Translations under genes and position numbers: made by a program
Shown here: positions 8,829 through 19,279 of the stretch, one piece after another
Position numbering within the stretch: the first letter of the stretch is position 1
How the letters are laid out: every line of letters begins with the position of its first letter
Notes under the pieces: generated by a model
The model's database searches: none
What the model was told of the DNA's origin: nothing
The model's input: only the letters and a program-made list of their open reading frames with translations
Source of the DNA: a virus
Direction: 5' to 3' (one strand)
Length of the DNA stretch: 64,000 nt
IMG/VR virus record: IMGVR_UViG_3300028800_000062
Span: 32,001 to 96,000 of that record

Positions 8829-10819
8829 CGCGGATGATTCTACTGTTCGCGTTGGCTGTGGGTCTGCAGGCTCAGCAGCTTCCCTTTGGAAGCTTCACAC
8901 ATGTCAGCTTGACGGGAGGGGGCGGCGGAAATAGCGCATCCTTGCAATACGCCTACCAGACTGCACAGTCGGGAGGCACTGCCTCATCTCCCGCCATGGC
9001 GTTCCCTGTTACTACGGGGCATACCTTCGTTGGGTTCGTGTGGTTCTACAACAACGTTACACTCTCAACCATCACTACTTCTAAGGGTGACACCTGCACA
9101 ACGGTTCCATCGAGTGCCATTAACACCAGCGTTTTCACCCAGGAGGTTTTCTATTGCCTGACTGTCGCCGGCGGTTCCGGGTACACGGCCACGGCCACGT
9201 TCAGTGGCTCAAGTAGTTACAGCGCCATCTACCTGGCGGAGTACGGTGGAATCACGGGTGTAGACGTTGCGGCGCACAACAATGGGCCCAATGGGGCAAC
9301 GATGGCCCTGGCTTCGGCACTGACGCCTACTGTTGCCGGCGATCTGGTATTTGCTGCAGGCATCATATACGGGAGTGGGAACAGCTATACCCCGGCTGCC
9401 AACTTTGCGTTGCATATGCCAACTTTTGGTGGCAGCGGGGGCGCCTCGGATTTCACAGGTATTGAAGATTCAATGCAGGGCTCAGCCTCTCCGGTAACGG
9501 CGTTATTCACTACGGATGGGACCGGAGAATGGGGAGCGTCGGTAGTCGCCTTTAAGACCCAAACCTGGACCAACGCCATCCCGTATATCAGCAGTTCTGT
9601 AGGGTACCTAAACTCGAATGCGCTCACATCTCATACCACGGGTACGGTCAACAACACAGGGGCGTCGGCCATGCTGGTGTTCATCGGGACGCACAACCCC
9701 TGGAACAGTCTAGCTGTATCGATCTCTGGGGTAACTGACACAGCCGGTAATACGTGGACGCCTCTTGCAGGTCCAACACTTTTCACCGGGGCAAGTTGGC
9801 CTCTCTTAGGTGCTATCTACTATTGCACCAGCCCGAAGACCGCGACCAACGATGCGGTGACCGTCTCTCTGACCAACCCAGCCCCTATGGTTTTGGATGT
9901 CTATGCCCTCACTGGAAGCTCCGGCCTCCCCGTGACCTCCACCATTAACAGCCCAGCAGCAGGAACCGGCTCTACATCTCCAACGGCCGGTCCTATAACC
10001 GTCCCCGCCAACACCCTACTGATAGCGTGGGAGAAGAACGAGACAGCCGTAACATCAGCGACCACCGGGGCCGGGTTCGAGAAACTGTGGGGAGATCAAA
10101 GCGGTTACTTGACGCCCGAGTTTGCTTTCACCGCGACCGGAGGGTCCTTTAGTTCGGCATTCAACTTGTCGGGTTCTACAGGGTGGCAATCAGCCATCGT
10201 TGGATTGTCAGCAAGTACTACGCTTCCCACCTTTGACAATTCGGTAGCAGCGACAGGTGTCAATGCCACCACCATATCGGCCACCTTCACGGTCGCGGCG
10301 AATGCTACTGTCTTGTGTGCAATCGGCAACAATGTCCACGAGGTGCCGTCTGGGGTGTCCGATGGGACCAACGCTTATATCCCCACGGATGACGAGAGCT
10401 TATCTGGCAGTGCCGGAACTCTAACCATCTGGATGTACAAGTACACCGGAGCTGGCGGGTCGAAGACCATAACCGCCACGTCCTCTGCCGGGACCACCGG
10501 AGCAGCAATGGCTTGTGAGTCGTGGACAAACCTCACAGGTGGATGGGATCAAACTGCGGATGGTAACTCCGGGGGCGCGGTAGGCCCAACTGGCACGACG
10601 GCACACGCTAACGAAGTCGTATTTACTGCCGCTGCGCAGACGAGTTCAAGCCCATATACCGCGTGCTCTCCTGGAGCGATCCGCGCCACCTCTACTTATG
10701 CCGCAGGGCCAATGACTGTCTCCATCTGCGACTTGGTAGTATCCACTATCGGAACTGAAAGTACCGTCTGGACGGCGGACCATTCAAACGCGGCGTACAT
10801 CCTGGAGACGTTCTTCTAA
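8825..10819 (+). CDS. Secreted-type beta-rich adhesin/fibre-associated protein with three related domains
   Basis: Signal peptide MTRMILLFALAVGLQA-Q; three Ser/Thr-rich domains each with a variant of S(G/T)(V/I)(T/S)DxxNxW/Y; ATGA-coupled to the upstream gene. Confidence 0.6.
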   Translation: MTRMILLFALAVGLQAQQLPFGSFTHVSLTGGGGGNSASLQYAYQTAQSGGTASSPAMAFPVTTGHTFVGFVWFYNNVTLSTITTSKGDTCTTVPSSAINTSVFTQEVFYCLTVAGGSGYTATATFSGSSSYSAIYLAEYGGITGVDVAAHNNGPNGATMALASALTPTVAGDLVFAAGIIYGSGNSYTPAANFALHMPTFGGSGGASDFTGIEDSMQGSASPVTALFTTDGTGEWGASVVAFKTQTWTNAIPYISSSVGYLNSNALTSHTTGTVNNTGASAMLVFIGTHNPWNSLAVSISGVTDTAGNTWTPLAGPTLFTGASWPLLGAIYYCTSPKTATNDAVTVSLTNPAPMVLDVYALTGSSGLPVTSTINSPAAGTGSTSPTAGPITVPANTLLIAWEKNETAVTSATTGAGFEKLWGDQSGYLTPEFAFTATGGSFSSAFNLSGSTGWQSAIVGLSASTTLPTFDNSVAATGVNATTISATFTVAANATVLCAIGNNVHEVPSGVSDGTNAYIPTDDESLSGSAGTLTIWMYKYTGAGGSKTITATSSAGTTGAAMACESWTNLTGGWDQTADGNSGGAVGPTGTTAHANEVVFTAAAQTSSSPYTACSPGAIRATSTYAAGPMTVSICDLVVSTIGTESTVWTADHSNAAYILETFF

Positions 10820-10865
10820 AGCTCATGCAACATAGTTTAGTTACCGAACAGGAAGAGGACACTTA

Positions 10866-11717
10866 ATGTATTATCCGGGGGATTTGATCCCATTCTTGCT
10901 TTCATTGACGCACGTCGACGGCAGCGCAGTTAATGTTACCACGCCGCCTCAGGTTTCTGTATTGAATACCTTCGACAACACGCCACAGGTGCTCGCGCCG
11001 GTCAACCAAACCAGTTTGGCGATGTCTCTGGTGCCAGGTACGGACGGATTATACAAACTGCTGTGGAATACAGCCGGAATTGTCAACGGAACTTACCTGG
11101 TTCTGGTGAGCTATGTAGCCGACGGCAGCACCATCACCGGACGTCTGCTCAGTCAAGTCCAACTGGGTGATACCCGCATTGCCGGCATCGTCGCGCAGGA
11201 TGCCACAGTAGCCAAGGATGTCACGGTGGCCAAAGACGCCACAGTGATGCATCTGGCCGACTTTGTGCAGCCTATCAACGATCCGGCGATCCAGGATATC
11301 CGCGGTCGGATTCAAGCCCTGCCTGTTTCCGGTGTGGCAGATGCCGCGACTCTCGCAGCTGTACAACAAGCCGTCAACGATTGCCACGATGCACAGCTGG
11401 GGTCCTGGACCGTGGACAAGACCGGCAACACCATGAGCCTGTACCGGCTCGACGGAACCCTGCTTCAGCAATTCTCGCTGTCCAACACTACCACGCTGGC
11501 CGCGCGTACAGCTCTGGTCATGGGACTGATCTCTTCTTCACCAGGCGGCCGCCTACCGGCCTCTGTGTATGGCACCGCGGCTCCCACGGCCGGCACCTGG
11601 ATCCAAGGCGACACGATCGTCAATCTGAATCCAGTGGCTGGCGGCTACGTGGGCTGGATTTGCGTGGTCGGCGGGACTCCAGGCACCTGGTCAACTTACG
11701 GAATCATCGGCAGTTAA
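10866..11717 (+). CDS. Virion protein with C-terminal GTPGTW module
   Basis: 283 aa, SD gagg; C-terminus APTAGTWIQGD...GWICVVGGTPGTWSTYGIIG closely matches that of 4360..5274. No signal peptide. Confidence 0.65.
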   Translation: MYYPGDLIPFLLSLTHVDGSAVNVTTPPQVSVLNTFDNTPQVLAPVNQTSLAMSLVPGTDGLYKLLWNTAGIVNGTYLVLVSYVADGSTITGRLLSQVQLGDTRIAGIVAQDATVAKDVTVAKDATVMHLADFVQPINDPAIQDIRGRIQALPVSGVADAATLAAVQQAVNDCHDAQLGSWTVDKTGNTMSLYRLDGTLLQQFSLSNTTTLAARTALVMGLISSSPGGRLPASVYGTAAPTAGTWIQGDTIVNLNPVAGGYVGWICVVGGTPGTWSTYGIIGS

Positions 11718-11734
11718 GTTTTGTGGAGTAGAGT

Positions 11735-14380
11735 ATGGCTGCGATCTTCGACGCCTCGTCGTATTTCACCAAACGCCAGTCGGACTTGCGCTACATGCAG
11801 GGTCCGCTGACGTCGCAGGAGATCACCGCGGCTTTGGGCGCCGGCAGCAACGGAAATCCATCGAACTATATTCCCGGCGGTATGATTGCTCCCGCTACGA
11901 TTCAAGCGTCCTCCATGGCTTCCGGCGCCATGGCTTTAGCCTTGTCTCTGGGAGGCCTTTCGGCCGTAACCATCATTCCGCCCTCCACCGCTAATACACT
12001 GCTGGCCTCCAGCATTTCGCTCGCAGGCAACCCCTACGTCCCGGGATCGGTAGTCTACTGGACTCCCACCGACGGCACGACGCTGGGCACCACCTCCAGT
12101 CTTTATACCGCGACCCAGAATAAGACTGGTGCGTCCATCACCATCAACTTCCCGTTCACCACTTCGACGCCTACGATCGTGCCAGTCAACGGCTTCTACT
12201 GGTCGAATACCGTTCCGGCCGCCAACATTACCGGCCTGCTGACCACGGCGCAGCTCGGCGCCAATATCGTGGGCACGGCGCAACTGGCGCAGAACATCAA
12301 ACCGAACACAGTGGTCAGTTCCCTGCCGACCATCACTGGCAATCCGGCGAACTATAACCCAGGTGACACCATCACCTTAATGGTTTCCGGCCAGGCACCG
12401 GTACTCTATCAGCTGGACAACAACAGTCAGTGGCGCATCATGATCACCCAAGGGCAGACTGCCACGCTGTCGACGACGGCCCTGACTGCCAGTTGGCTTA
12501 CCGCCGGCGCGATCTCCGCAGGTGCTATCAAAGCCAGCCAGATCGATGTCACGAGCTTACTGGTCACCGGCAATGCCGCCCTCACCAATGTTCTCAGTTT
12601 GACCATCACGGCCAATGTCATCACGGCGGCGTCCCTGGCCGTCAATTCCGTTACAGCCAACAGTATCAGCGCGAATGCTGTGGTTGCCGGCAAGATCGCC
12701 GCCAACGCCGTTACTGCGGGGACCATTGCAGCCGGCGCAGTATCCACTCAGAATCTGATCGTCGGGAACTGGTCTTGTCTGATGGAGGATCCTACCTTCG
12801 AGATCGAAGGGACTACACCCGGCAGCTATCCCAATTTAGGTTTCGTCTCGTATCCGGCGGGCACATATCCTTGGTGGGAAGACGGCCTAGGTCTGAAGGT
12901 GTGGGCAGGGTGGGGCCGTGGTGGGACTTACGGTGCACTCAAAGCGCATGGATCGAGTTTCAGCGGATGGCCCACCACCAGCTCGGCAAACATGCGGAAC
13001 CGGATGGTCTTCGCGGTCAAGGACGGTGACCAACTATATATCGAAGGCTGGGCCCTGCAAAATACCAACACCAATGCCTCGGCTGTCGCGCAAATGGACA
13101 TTTCATTCTTCACTGATCAAGCCAGCGCGCAACGTGCCACCTCCACTGACGGAGCCGTCACAAACCTGGTGTCGAACACTATAGCTCTCGAATGGGGAGT
13201 GTCTGGAACCAATACTGTCGTGCTGGTAGGAACAGGCACCTCACAAGCCGCCGGAGTCTGGTGCTTTGCTAGCAATGTGATCACGGTTCCCACCAATGCG
13301 CGCTGGGCCTTCGTGTCGCTGAGCGTGCAGGGGCAAACTTCCGGCGCCTGGGCAATGGACGACCTCTTTGTCATCTCGGCTACACCTTCGGCCTACATCA
13401 CTTCACTCAACGCCGCGGTGATTAACACGGGAACTTTGGCTGCCGACCGGATTGGTGCAGGCACATTAAACTGCACGAACCTATATGTCTCCAACATCAA
13501 CGGCCACGCCGGTCCATTTAACCTCACCGGGGGCATTCCAGGTTCAACCATTACCAGTCAGAGCATTACCAATACACAGATCGCCAACGCAACCATCACC
13601 AGCGCTCAGATCGCGAATGCAACGATCACCAACGCACAGATCGCTAACGCGACCATCACCAGTGCTCAGATCGCCAACGCAGCAATCACCTCGGCCAACA
13701 TCGCGAGCCTTAACGCGTCAGTCATCAACAGCGGAACTCTCACTGTAGGCGGGAATGTTTCTGCCAATGCGCCTGGATATATCCTAGCGTTGGACATCAG
13801 CAATAATCCGGTTGCCTGGATGGGAGTGTACGGTGGTTACTCAGGTTTGTGGGCTCAGAACGCCTATATAGGAGGAGCCAGTGCTGCGGTTGCCCCTATT
13901 GTAGGTTCCGCGGCAGGCGTGCATATTACAGGGGCAAGCATAGTCAACACCAGCTCGGATTCACACGGTACCTATACGGTGAATATTGATTCTGTTAATG
14001 GGATCAAACTAACCAACACTTCAGACGGCTCCTACAACCAGCAACAAAGCTGGGGTATGATGGGTTACACAATACATGGTCCTTCTGATCAGTATTCGCC
14101 GGCCTTTACTCCTTGCAACTATCTCTTAAGTGGAGCCACTCTGCAGCTACAAGTTTCTGATGCTTCTGCGGTTGCATCATTATCTATCTACCAAACTCAA
14201 GTTGCACGACATCCTGTGGAGTCACGCGGAACGTTATCACTAAGTTCCTCTACAACTGGTAATACCCTGCTTTTGAACCCAGATTGGATTGCGGTCAATG
14301 GGTCCAATGCGTTCACCGGGTCATTCTTGGACCAGGGCGGAACATCACACAGTGTAGTAAACGGTTTGATTATGAATTGA
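11735..14380 (+). CDS. Tail fibre-like protein with ITxAQIANA repeats and a putative carbohydrate-binding domain
   Basis: VTANSISANAVVAGKIAANAVTAGTI and ITSAQIANAT repeats typical of phage fibres; central DPTFE...ITVPTNARWAFV...WAMDDL jelly-roll-like segment. No signal peptide. Confidence 0.7.
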   Translation: MAAIFDASSYFTKRQSDLRYMQGPLTSQEITAALGAGSNGNPSNYIPGGMIAPATIQASSMASGAMALALSLGGLSAVTIIPPSTANTLLASSISLAGNPYVPGSVVYWTPTDGTTLGTTSSLYTATQNKTGASITINFPFTTSTPTIVPVNGFYWSNTVPAANITGLLTTAQLGANIVGTAQLAQNIKPNTVVSSLPTITGNPANYNPGDTITLMVSGQAPVLYQLDNNSQWRIMITQGQTATLSTTALTASWLTAGAISAGAIKASQIDVTSLLVTGNAALTNVLSLTITANVITAASLAVNSVTANSISANAVVAGKIAANAVTAGTIAAGAVSTQNLIVGNWSCLMEDPTFEIEGTTPGSYPNLGFVSYPAGTYPWWEDGLGLKVWAGWGRGGTYGALKAHGSSFSGWPTTSSANMRNRMVFAVKDGDQLYIEGWALQNTNTNASAVAQMDISFFTDQASAQRATSTDGAVTNLVSNTIALEWGVSGTNTVVLVGTGTSQAAGVWCFASNVITVPTNARWAFVSLSVQGQTSGAWAMDDLFVISATPSAYITSLNAAVINTGTLAADRIGAGTLNCTNLYVSNINGHAGPFNLTGGIPGSTITSQSITNTQIANATITSAQIANATITNAQIANATITSAQIANAAITSANIASLNASVINSGTLTVGGNVSANAPGYILALDISNNPVAWMGVYGGYSGLWAQNAYIGGASAAVAPIVGSAAGVHITGASIVNTSSDSHGTYTVNIDSVNGIKLTNTSDGSYNQQQSWGMMGYTIHGPSDQYSPAFTPCNYLLSGATLQLQVSDASAVASLSIYQTQVARHPVESRGTLSLSSSTTGNTLLLNPDWIAVNGSNAFTGSFLDQGGTSHSVVNGLIMN
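13565..13710 (+). repeat. 30-nt degenerate tandem repeat (about 5 copies)
   Basis: Encodes ITNTQIANAT ITSAQIANAT ITNAQIANAT ITSAQIANAA ITSANIASL. Confidence 0.85.
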
Positions 14381-14408
14381 CCTAGAACAGCCGAAAGGAA
14401 ATCTCATC

Positions 14409-14750
14409 ATGAACAACAACGAGAAGATCAACGAACCTACGGATCTACGATATGAATTGACGGAGGAACAGAACCAGGTCTATGCCGTCATGACCAACAA
14501 GGTCGTCAAGGCCAATTCCGAGATGGAACTGGCCCAGCGCGTATTTCTGATGCAGAAACAGGCGTTCGATAGCATCAATGAGGATTGCAACCTGTTCCTC
14601 AGCTATGTGATCCAAAGTCAGAAACTGCCCAAAGCAGATGGCGGTTACTCGCCGCAACAGTTTGCGCCCGGCCGGTTTGCGTTAACCGGCAAAGCAATTG
14701 TGGCCGCTCCCGCAGTTCCGCCGTCGGCTGACGATACTAACAAAGAATAG
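14409..14750 (+). CDS. Hypothetical protein (possible fibre assembly chaperone)
   Basis: 113 aa, SD aagga, helical, directly after the fibre gene. Confidence 0.5.
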   Translation: MNNNEKINEPTDLRYELTEEQNQVYAVMTNKVVKANSEMELAQRVFLMQKQAFDSINEDCNLFLSYVIQSQKLPKADGGYSPQQFAPGRFALTGKAIVAAPAVPPSADDTNKE

Positions 14751-15344
14751 ATGCTGCCGCTTGGCACAACCCGCTCGATCGACTTCCGCCTGGCGGATGC
14801 CAGCGAGAATCCCGTTACCGGCCGTACGTTGGTACCGTGGAGCACCACGCCGCCGGCCAACGTGGTGATGATCCAGGCGTTTCTGCGCAACAACCAGGCC
14901 TGTACCGACACCCTTTCCCTACAAGATTACGGCAACGGGCTGTATACCGTTTCCTATCTGCCGACCGCCGCCGGCCACGATCTGCTGGTGCTTTACGACC
15001 AGGCTCTGGATATACGGGTCATGGACAGTGAAGACATCATGCCGACCGACTTTGCCATCGGCGGCGGTACTGCAGGCATCCTACTCAACCAGGATTACGG
15101 CGGCACAGATGCACTGCGGGCCACCGGGCTGAGCGATGATCCGACGACTTATCAATTGCTGGTGTTCCTGGCCTCCGACTGGCTGGGCAACCGGCGGGAC
15201 AATGCCAATGCGGTAGGAATTACCGGCCTCGATAGCAACGGGCGCTGGCTCAGCGGCATCTTCGTGGGCGCCGGCGTTTATATCATCGTCGTGCGCAAGC
15301 CGACGCAGACATACGTGATCGCTTACAGCTTGAGCGTGGAGTAA
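14751..15344 (+). CDS. Hypothetical virion protein
   Basis: 197 aa, beta-sandwich-like (DYGNGLYTVSYLPTAAG); abuts the previous stop. Confidence 0.55.
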   Translation: MLPLGTTRSIDFRLADASENPVTGRTLVPWSTTPPANVVMIQAFLRNNQACTDTLSLQDYGNGLYTVSYLPTAAGHDLLVLYDQALDIRVMDSEDIMPTDFAIGGGTAGILLNQDYGGTDALRATGLSDDPTTYQLLVFLASDWLGNRRDNANAVGITGLDSNGRWLSGIFVGAGVYIIVVRKPTQTYVIAYSLSVE

Positions 15345-15348
15345 ATCG

Positions 15349-16098
15349 ATGCAGAACACTGTGGTCCATATCACATTGCCTAAGGGACTGGCCTTAACCA
15401 ACGGAGCTACCCTGGCGGACGATACCGACTTCATGGTCCTGGGAACCGTGAGCCCATGGTATTCCTCAGTGGACCAGGTCCGCCTCGAGGGCGGCATCTA
15501 TCTCACCAAGATCAGCGATTTGACCATTGCCTGCCAGATTTGGCAAGCGTCCCTGGATATCGATGTGATGTCGGCGGTGCCTCCGCCGGCGCCCGTCGAC
15601 GGAACTTCGACTTCCGACTACGGTTACCGGATCTACAACAATTACACGCATGCGCGCAACCAGTGGGTATCGCAACGCTCCGCGCTGGACATCATCACCA
15701 AGGCGTTCGACATTTCCGGGGTGCGAGGTTCGAAGACTCTGGGCAACTTCTCGGTAATGCGTATGGCGTTCGGCCGCGACGAAGGTCTGCCACGCGTCAT
15801 GAGCGAAATGAAGGAAGAGATCAATAAGTGGCGCATCGTGCTGCAATCCGGGGGCACGGTAGCCTACGGCGGACATGCCCGGCCCGCCATGGCGTCCAAG
15901 AGCTACTTCGACCGCGCGGACCAGATCCCCGGGCGGCTGTGGATGACTACCGGTATGGGGGCAGCACATAAGACTCCGGCAGGCCTCGGCTCCGCCGGCA
16001 AACCGGTGAAGTTCGGGTCTCCCACTTTCATTGATTTCCGGGTGGGACGCCAGTTCGGCAATTACATCAACCTATTCCCGACCGTAATCTGGTCTTAA
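15349..16098 (+). CDS. Putative head-tail adaptor/neck protein
   Basis: 249 aa with SKTLGNFSV motif; first of three genes preceding the sheath. Confidence 0.55.
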   Translation: MQNTVVHITLPKGLALTNGATLADDTDFMVLGTVSPWYSSVDQVRLEGGIYLTKISDLTIACQIWQASLDIDVMSAVPPPAPVDGTSTSDYGYRIYNNYTHARNQWVSQRSALDIITKAFDISGVRGSKTLGNFSVMRMAFGRDEGLPRVMSEMKEEINKWRIVLQSGGTVAYGGHARPAMASKSYFDRADQIPGRLWMTTGMGAAHKTPAGLGSAGKPVKFGSPTFIDFRVGRQFGNYINLFPTVIWS

Positions 16099-16101
16099 CT
16101 T

Positions 16102-16647
16102 ATGAACTTCTACCCAGAACCTCAAACCTTCGATTTGCGAGATGAGTTTCACGATTCTCTATTTGGAACTCTAATCGAGCCGGGCATCGGGCAGGCCGTG
16201 CTGCTGCGCCGGTTGCGGGATCAGGTGTGCGTCTGCTGGGACGGCATTACCGGGTCGGCCGATGCCGCCTGCCGGTACTGTGGCGGGGAGGGTTATTTGT
16301 GGGAGGAAGATCTCAAGATCTGCTACATGGCGCGCAACTTCGGAGGCGTGCAGAATCCCTCTAACGTCATCTCCAATCAACAGAATACGGCGAAATGGGG
16401 GATCAGCGACGAGAACCGCGCCATTGCCTATTTCGAGTACTCTGTCTTTCCCAACTACGAACGTTATCTCATTCCACAGCATCCGTCTTACGACAAGCTC
16501 TACGAGTTGAAGGTGGACGATAACGGAAACCTGGTACAGCCTTGGGTGCGTACGGCGAAGTGGAGTATGAAGTCGGTCACCCCACACCGCGGCGACCGGG
16601 GCGCGATCGCCATGTTTGAGTGCGGCCTGGAGAAAGTCACCCTGTAG
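16102..16647 (+). CDS. Putative head-closure/neck protein with Zn-binding motif
   Basis: CVC...CRYCGGEGY motif; position between adaptor and tail completion genes. Confidence 0.6.
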   Translation: MNFYPEPQTFDLRDEFHDSLFGTLIEPGIGQAVLLRRLRDQVCVCWDGITGSADAACRYCGGEGYLWEEDLKICYMARNFGGVQNPSNVISNQQNTAKWGISDENRAIAYFEYSVFPNYERYLIPQHPSYDKLYELKVDDNGNLVQPWVRTAKWSMKSVTPHRGDRGAIAMFECGLEKVTL

Positions 16648-16659
16648 CGGAAAGCCTTC

Positions 16660-16677
16660 CTATACTAGCAAAGGGTG
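16660..16677 (+). promoter_or_regulatory. CTATACTAGCAA promoter-like motif (copy 1)
   Basis: ctatactagcaaagggtg, 17/18 identical to 45311..45328; intergenic, directly before an in-frame GTG. Confidence 0.55.
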
Positions 16678-17342
16678 TGACAGGTGAAATATTGATTGGG
16701 GGTACGGCTGCTTTTGCGGTGCCGCCCAAGATGTCCAGTCGAGCGCCCCTGGACCACTTATCACTGTATCAGGCATTTGTCGACTGTTTCAGCCTGGCAG
16801 CCCAGACCTTGGAGTGGCCTTCCCAGAACCAGCCCAAGTTGGTGGAGGAGTATCCGGCGCAGCGCGAGGGTGAGTTTGACACGAGTTTCGACATTATCCT
16901 GATGAGCCTGGCGGGCAGCCATGTATCGTCCACCAGCAACAGACGAGACCAGCGGCCCAAGGGAATTGAGGAAGTTTCCCGCATCCCCTACCCGGGGTTA
17001 ACGGGATACCTGCAGGTGCGCAGCAAGTGGGAGGAGGACGTTCAGGTACGTTTCGACGTGCTGTCCAAGTCCAACCGCAAAGCCAATGAGTTGGCTATGT
17101 GGTGGCATCGCACCCTGGTGGTGTACGCGCAAAGCCTGAAGTTCTTTATGGCGCGCGGCGTGAACGATTTCCGGTTCGCTGAACGGCTGGCGGACCAGAC
17201 AACAAAGGAATATGGCCAGACATTGTACTGCAGGCCGCTGCTTTATACGTTGCGGCTGGAACTGGACATCCTGACCAAGTGCAAGACCTTGGACCAGATT
17301 AATATGCGTCTGGGATCCTCCAAGATTGAAATCGACGGTTAG
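16677..17342 (+). CDS. Putative tail completion/terminator protein
   Basis: Immediately upstream of the sheath; VRFDVLSKSNRKANELA...RPLLYTLRLE pattern. Start uncertain (GTG 16677 preferred over 16620). Confidence 0.55.
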   Translation: MTGEILIGGTAAFAVPPKMSSRAPLDHLSLYQAFVDCFSLAAQTLEWPSQNQPKLVEEYPAQREGEFDTSFDIILMSLAGSHVSSTSNRRDQRPKGIEEVSRIPYPGLTGYLQVRSKWEEDVQVRFDVLSKSNRKANELAMWWHRTLVVYAQSLKFFMARGVNDFRFAERLADQTTKEYGQTLYCRPLLYTLRLELDILTKCKTLDQINMRLGSSKIEIDG

Positions 17343-17366
17343 AAGCCGCACTCGAATGGGAGATCG

Positions 17367-19268
17367 GTGGAAATGAGTTACAACTACCTACCTGGAATGC
17401 AGGTTATCACCAACGACGGCGGCTTGTACAAGAGAACAAACCCCGTTACAAAGAGTGTTCTGGTGTTCGGTACTTCCGGCCAGGGCATCGCCGACCAGGC
17501 TTATCAGGTTCTCGACCAGAACCAGGCAGCCTTGGAATACGGATTTGCCGGCACTTTGATCCGAGGCATGTCGGAGTCTGCGGCCGGCGGCAGCGACAAT
17601 CTGTACCTGTACCGTATCGGTACCGCGCCCGCCGTTCTTAAAGGTGTCGGAACCTCCACGGCCACAACCGCCAATCTGGGCCTGTCCCTGTCCTTCGGCG
17701 ACCGGGACGTGGACACCGCTACCAAGTACACCATGTATTATGCGGCCGGCATCCTCTATGTGTGGAACAACGGCCAGTTGGTGTATGCCAATGACACCGG
17801 CGTGCAGGTAGTCGATACCGGCGACGTCACGGTGACCATGTTGGACGTCACCATGCCTACCGGCGGCGCCGCCATCGGTACGGCTAAGACTTTGGCCGGT
17901 TCAGTGGCCATCGGTCAGGCGCCTACGGCGGCTGTAACGGATACGCATGACACGGCTCCCGTCTACACTGACGCCATCACAGGGCTGAACCTGACTACCC
18001 GTCAGTTGTATATCGCCCTCGAGAAAGCCATGGACATCATGGCTGGCTTCGTGGTGCAACAGGTCTATATTCCCAATACCGTGTTGGACGCGCCGAACGT
18101 GGCGTTCTACGTGTCTTCGGATCCTACCACCACGCAGCACAATCCGGCGACCAATCCCAATGCGCTCGACTGGCTCAAGACCACTACCGACGCGGTGGGT
18201 AACGAGACCTACCGGTGGGCCAGTGAACTGGTGGATTCCAACGGGCAGATTGTCACTGCGCACACCGCTTGGACTTCCGGCAGCGCCCGCCAGGCGGACG
18301 GCTTCTATGAGGTCAACTTCGGCTATCAGCTGGCCCGGTATTGTTCTCAGGCCAGCGAGACGCAGCAAGGTAACGGCGTATGCGTCGGCTTCATCGGCAT
18401 GAACGGACCGGCCGCGAGTTCCTCTGGTCTGCTGAACTTTTCCACAGTCAACGTGCGCTCCTGGCTGGGCGCCCTGCCGACTTACGATCCTAATAGCGGC
18501 ACAGTGCTCGCTTCTGGCAAAGGCGTACTGGGCAACCCGTATATGGCAGGCTGCGGTTCGGCGCAATTGAACCTGCTGTGCATCGACAAGGCCACCGGCC
18601 GCAGCAAGGGTTTCTTTGAGAATTTGGCTGAAGAGTATGACGGCGGCGCTTCGCTCGATGAGAACCAAATGCCCATCGATATCGGGGCCTACCTGGTGGT
18701 TTGCGGAGACTGGGCCAGCTTGACCAATTCTTACGGCTCAGGCTACGTGGGCAACATCGCCGGCCTGGTGTGCGGATTTGTAGCGCAGCTCGATGAGAAG
18801 GAAAGCACCACCAACAAGCCGGTGAAGGCGGTAGCTCAGCTGTACCATCCGACTCTGCCGCAACTAGACGCTGCTGCCGAAGTGGGCATCCATCTTCTGC
18901 GGTATCGCAGCACCGTGGACCTGCCCCGACTGGATCACGGGCAAACGGCGGCCACTTTGAATTCGGACTTCTGCGAAATCGTGCGGGTGCGGATCAAAGG
19001 TAAGGTCATCGTTGAGGTTTTCGACGCTGCAGATCCTTTCATTGGCAGCTCTTCGACCGATGGTATGCAACTGTTGAGTCTCCAAACGGCGCTCAACAGC
19101 CGCCTCAGCGTGTTACGCAAAGCGGGTTATATCGGCGCCAACTTCAGCATCTCCATCCAAGCCACGCAGGCACAGATGACTGCTGGACAATGCGACCTGT
19201 ATCTCACGTATTACAGCCCCGACGAAGTCAAGAAGATTACGGTTCACGTCGGCCTGTCACGGCAGTAA
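17367..19268 (+). CDS. Contractile tail sheath protein
   Basis: 633 aa; N-terminal YLPGMQV..DGGL...SVLVFGTS, LYRIG; C-terminal ESTTNK, IVRVRI...DPFIG, EVKKITVHVGL; followed by the tube gene. Start could be ATG 17373. Confidence 0.88.
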   Translation: MEMSYNYLPGMQVITNDGGLYKRTNPVTKSVLVFGTSGQGIADQAYQVLDQNQAALEYGFAGTLIRGMSESAAGGSDNLYLYRIGTAPAVLKGVGTSTATTANLGLSLSFGDRDVDTATKYTMYYAAGILYVWNNGQLVYANDTGVQVVDTGDVTVTMLDVTMPTGGAAIGTAKTLAGSVAIGQAPTAAVTDTHDTAPVYTDAITGLNLTTRQLYIALEKAMDIMAGFVVQQVYIPNTVLDAPNVAFYVSSDPTTTQHNPATNPNALDWLKTTTDAVGNETYRWASELVDSNGQIVTAHTAWTSGSARQADGFYEVNFGYQLARYCSQASETQQGNGVCVGFIGMNGPAASSSGLLNFSTVNVRSWLGALPTYDPNSGTVLASGKGVLGNPYMAGCGSAQLNLLCIDKATGRSKGFFENLAEEYDGGASLDENQMPIDIGAYLVVCGDWASLTNSYGSGYVGNIAGLVCGFVAQLDEKESTTNKPVKAVAQLYHPTLPQLDAAAEVGIHLLRYRSTVDLPRLDHGQTAATLNSDFCEIVRVRIKGKVIVEVFDAADPFIGSSSTDGMQLLSLQTALNSRLSVLRKAGYIGANFSISIQATQAQMTAGQCDLYLTYYSPDEVKKITVHVGLSRQ

Positions 19269-19279
19269 GTACGGTCTTT

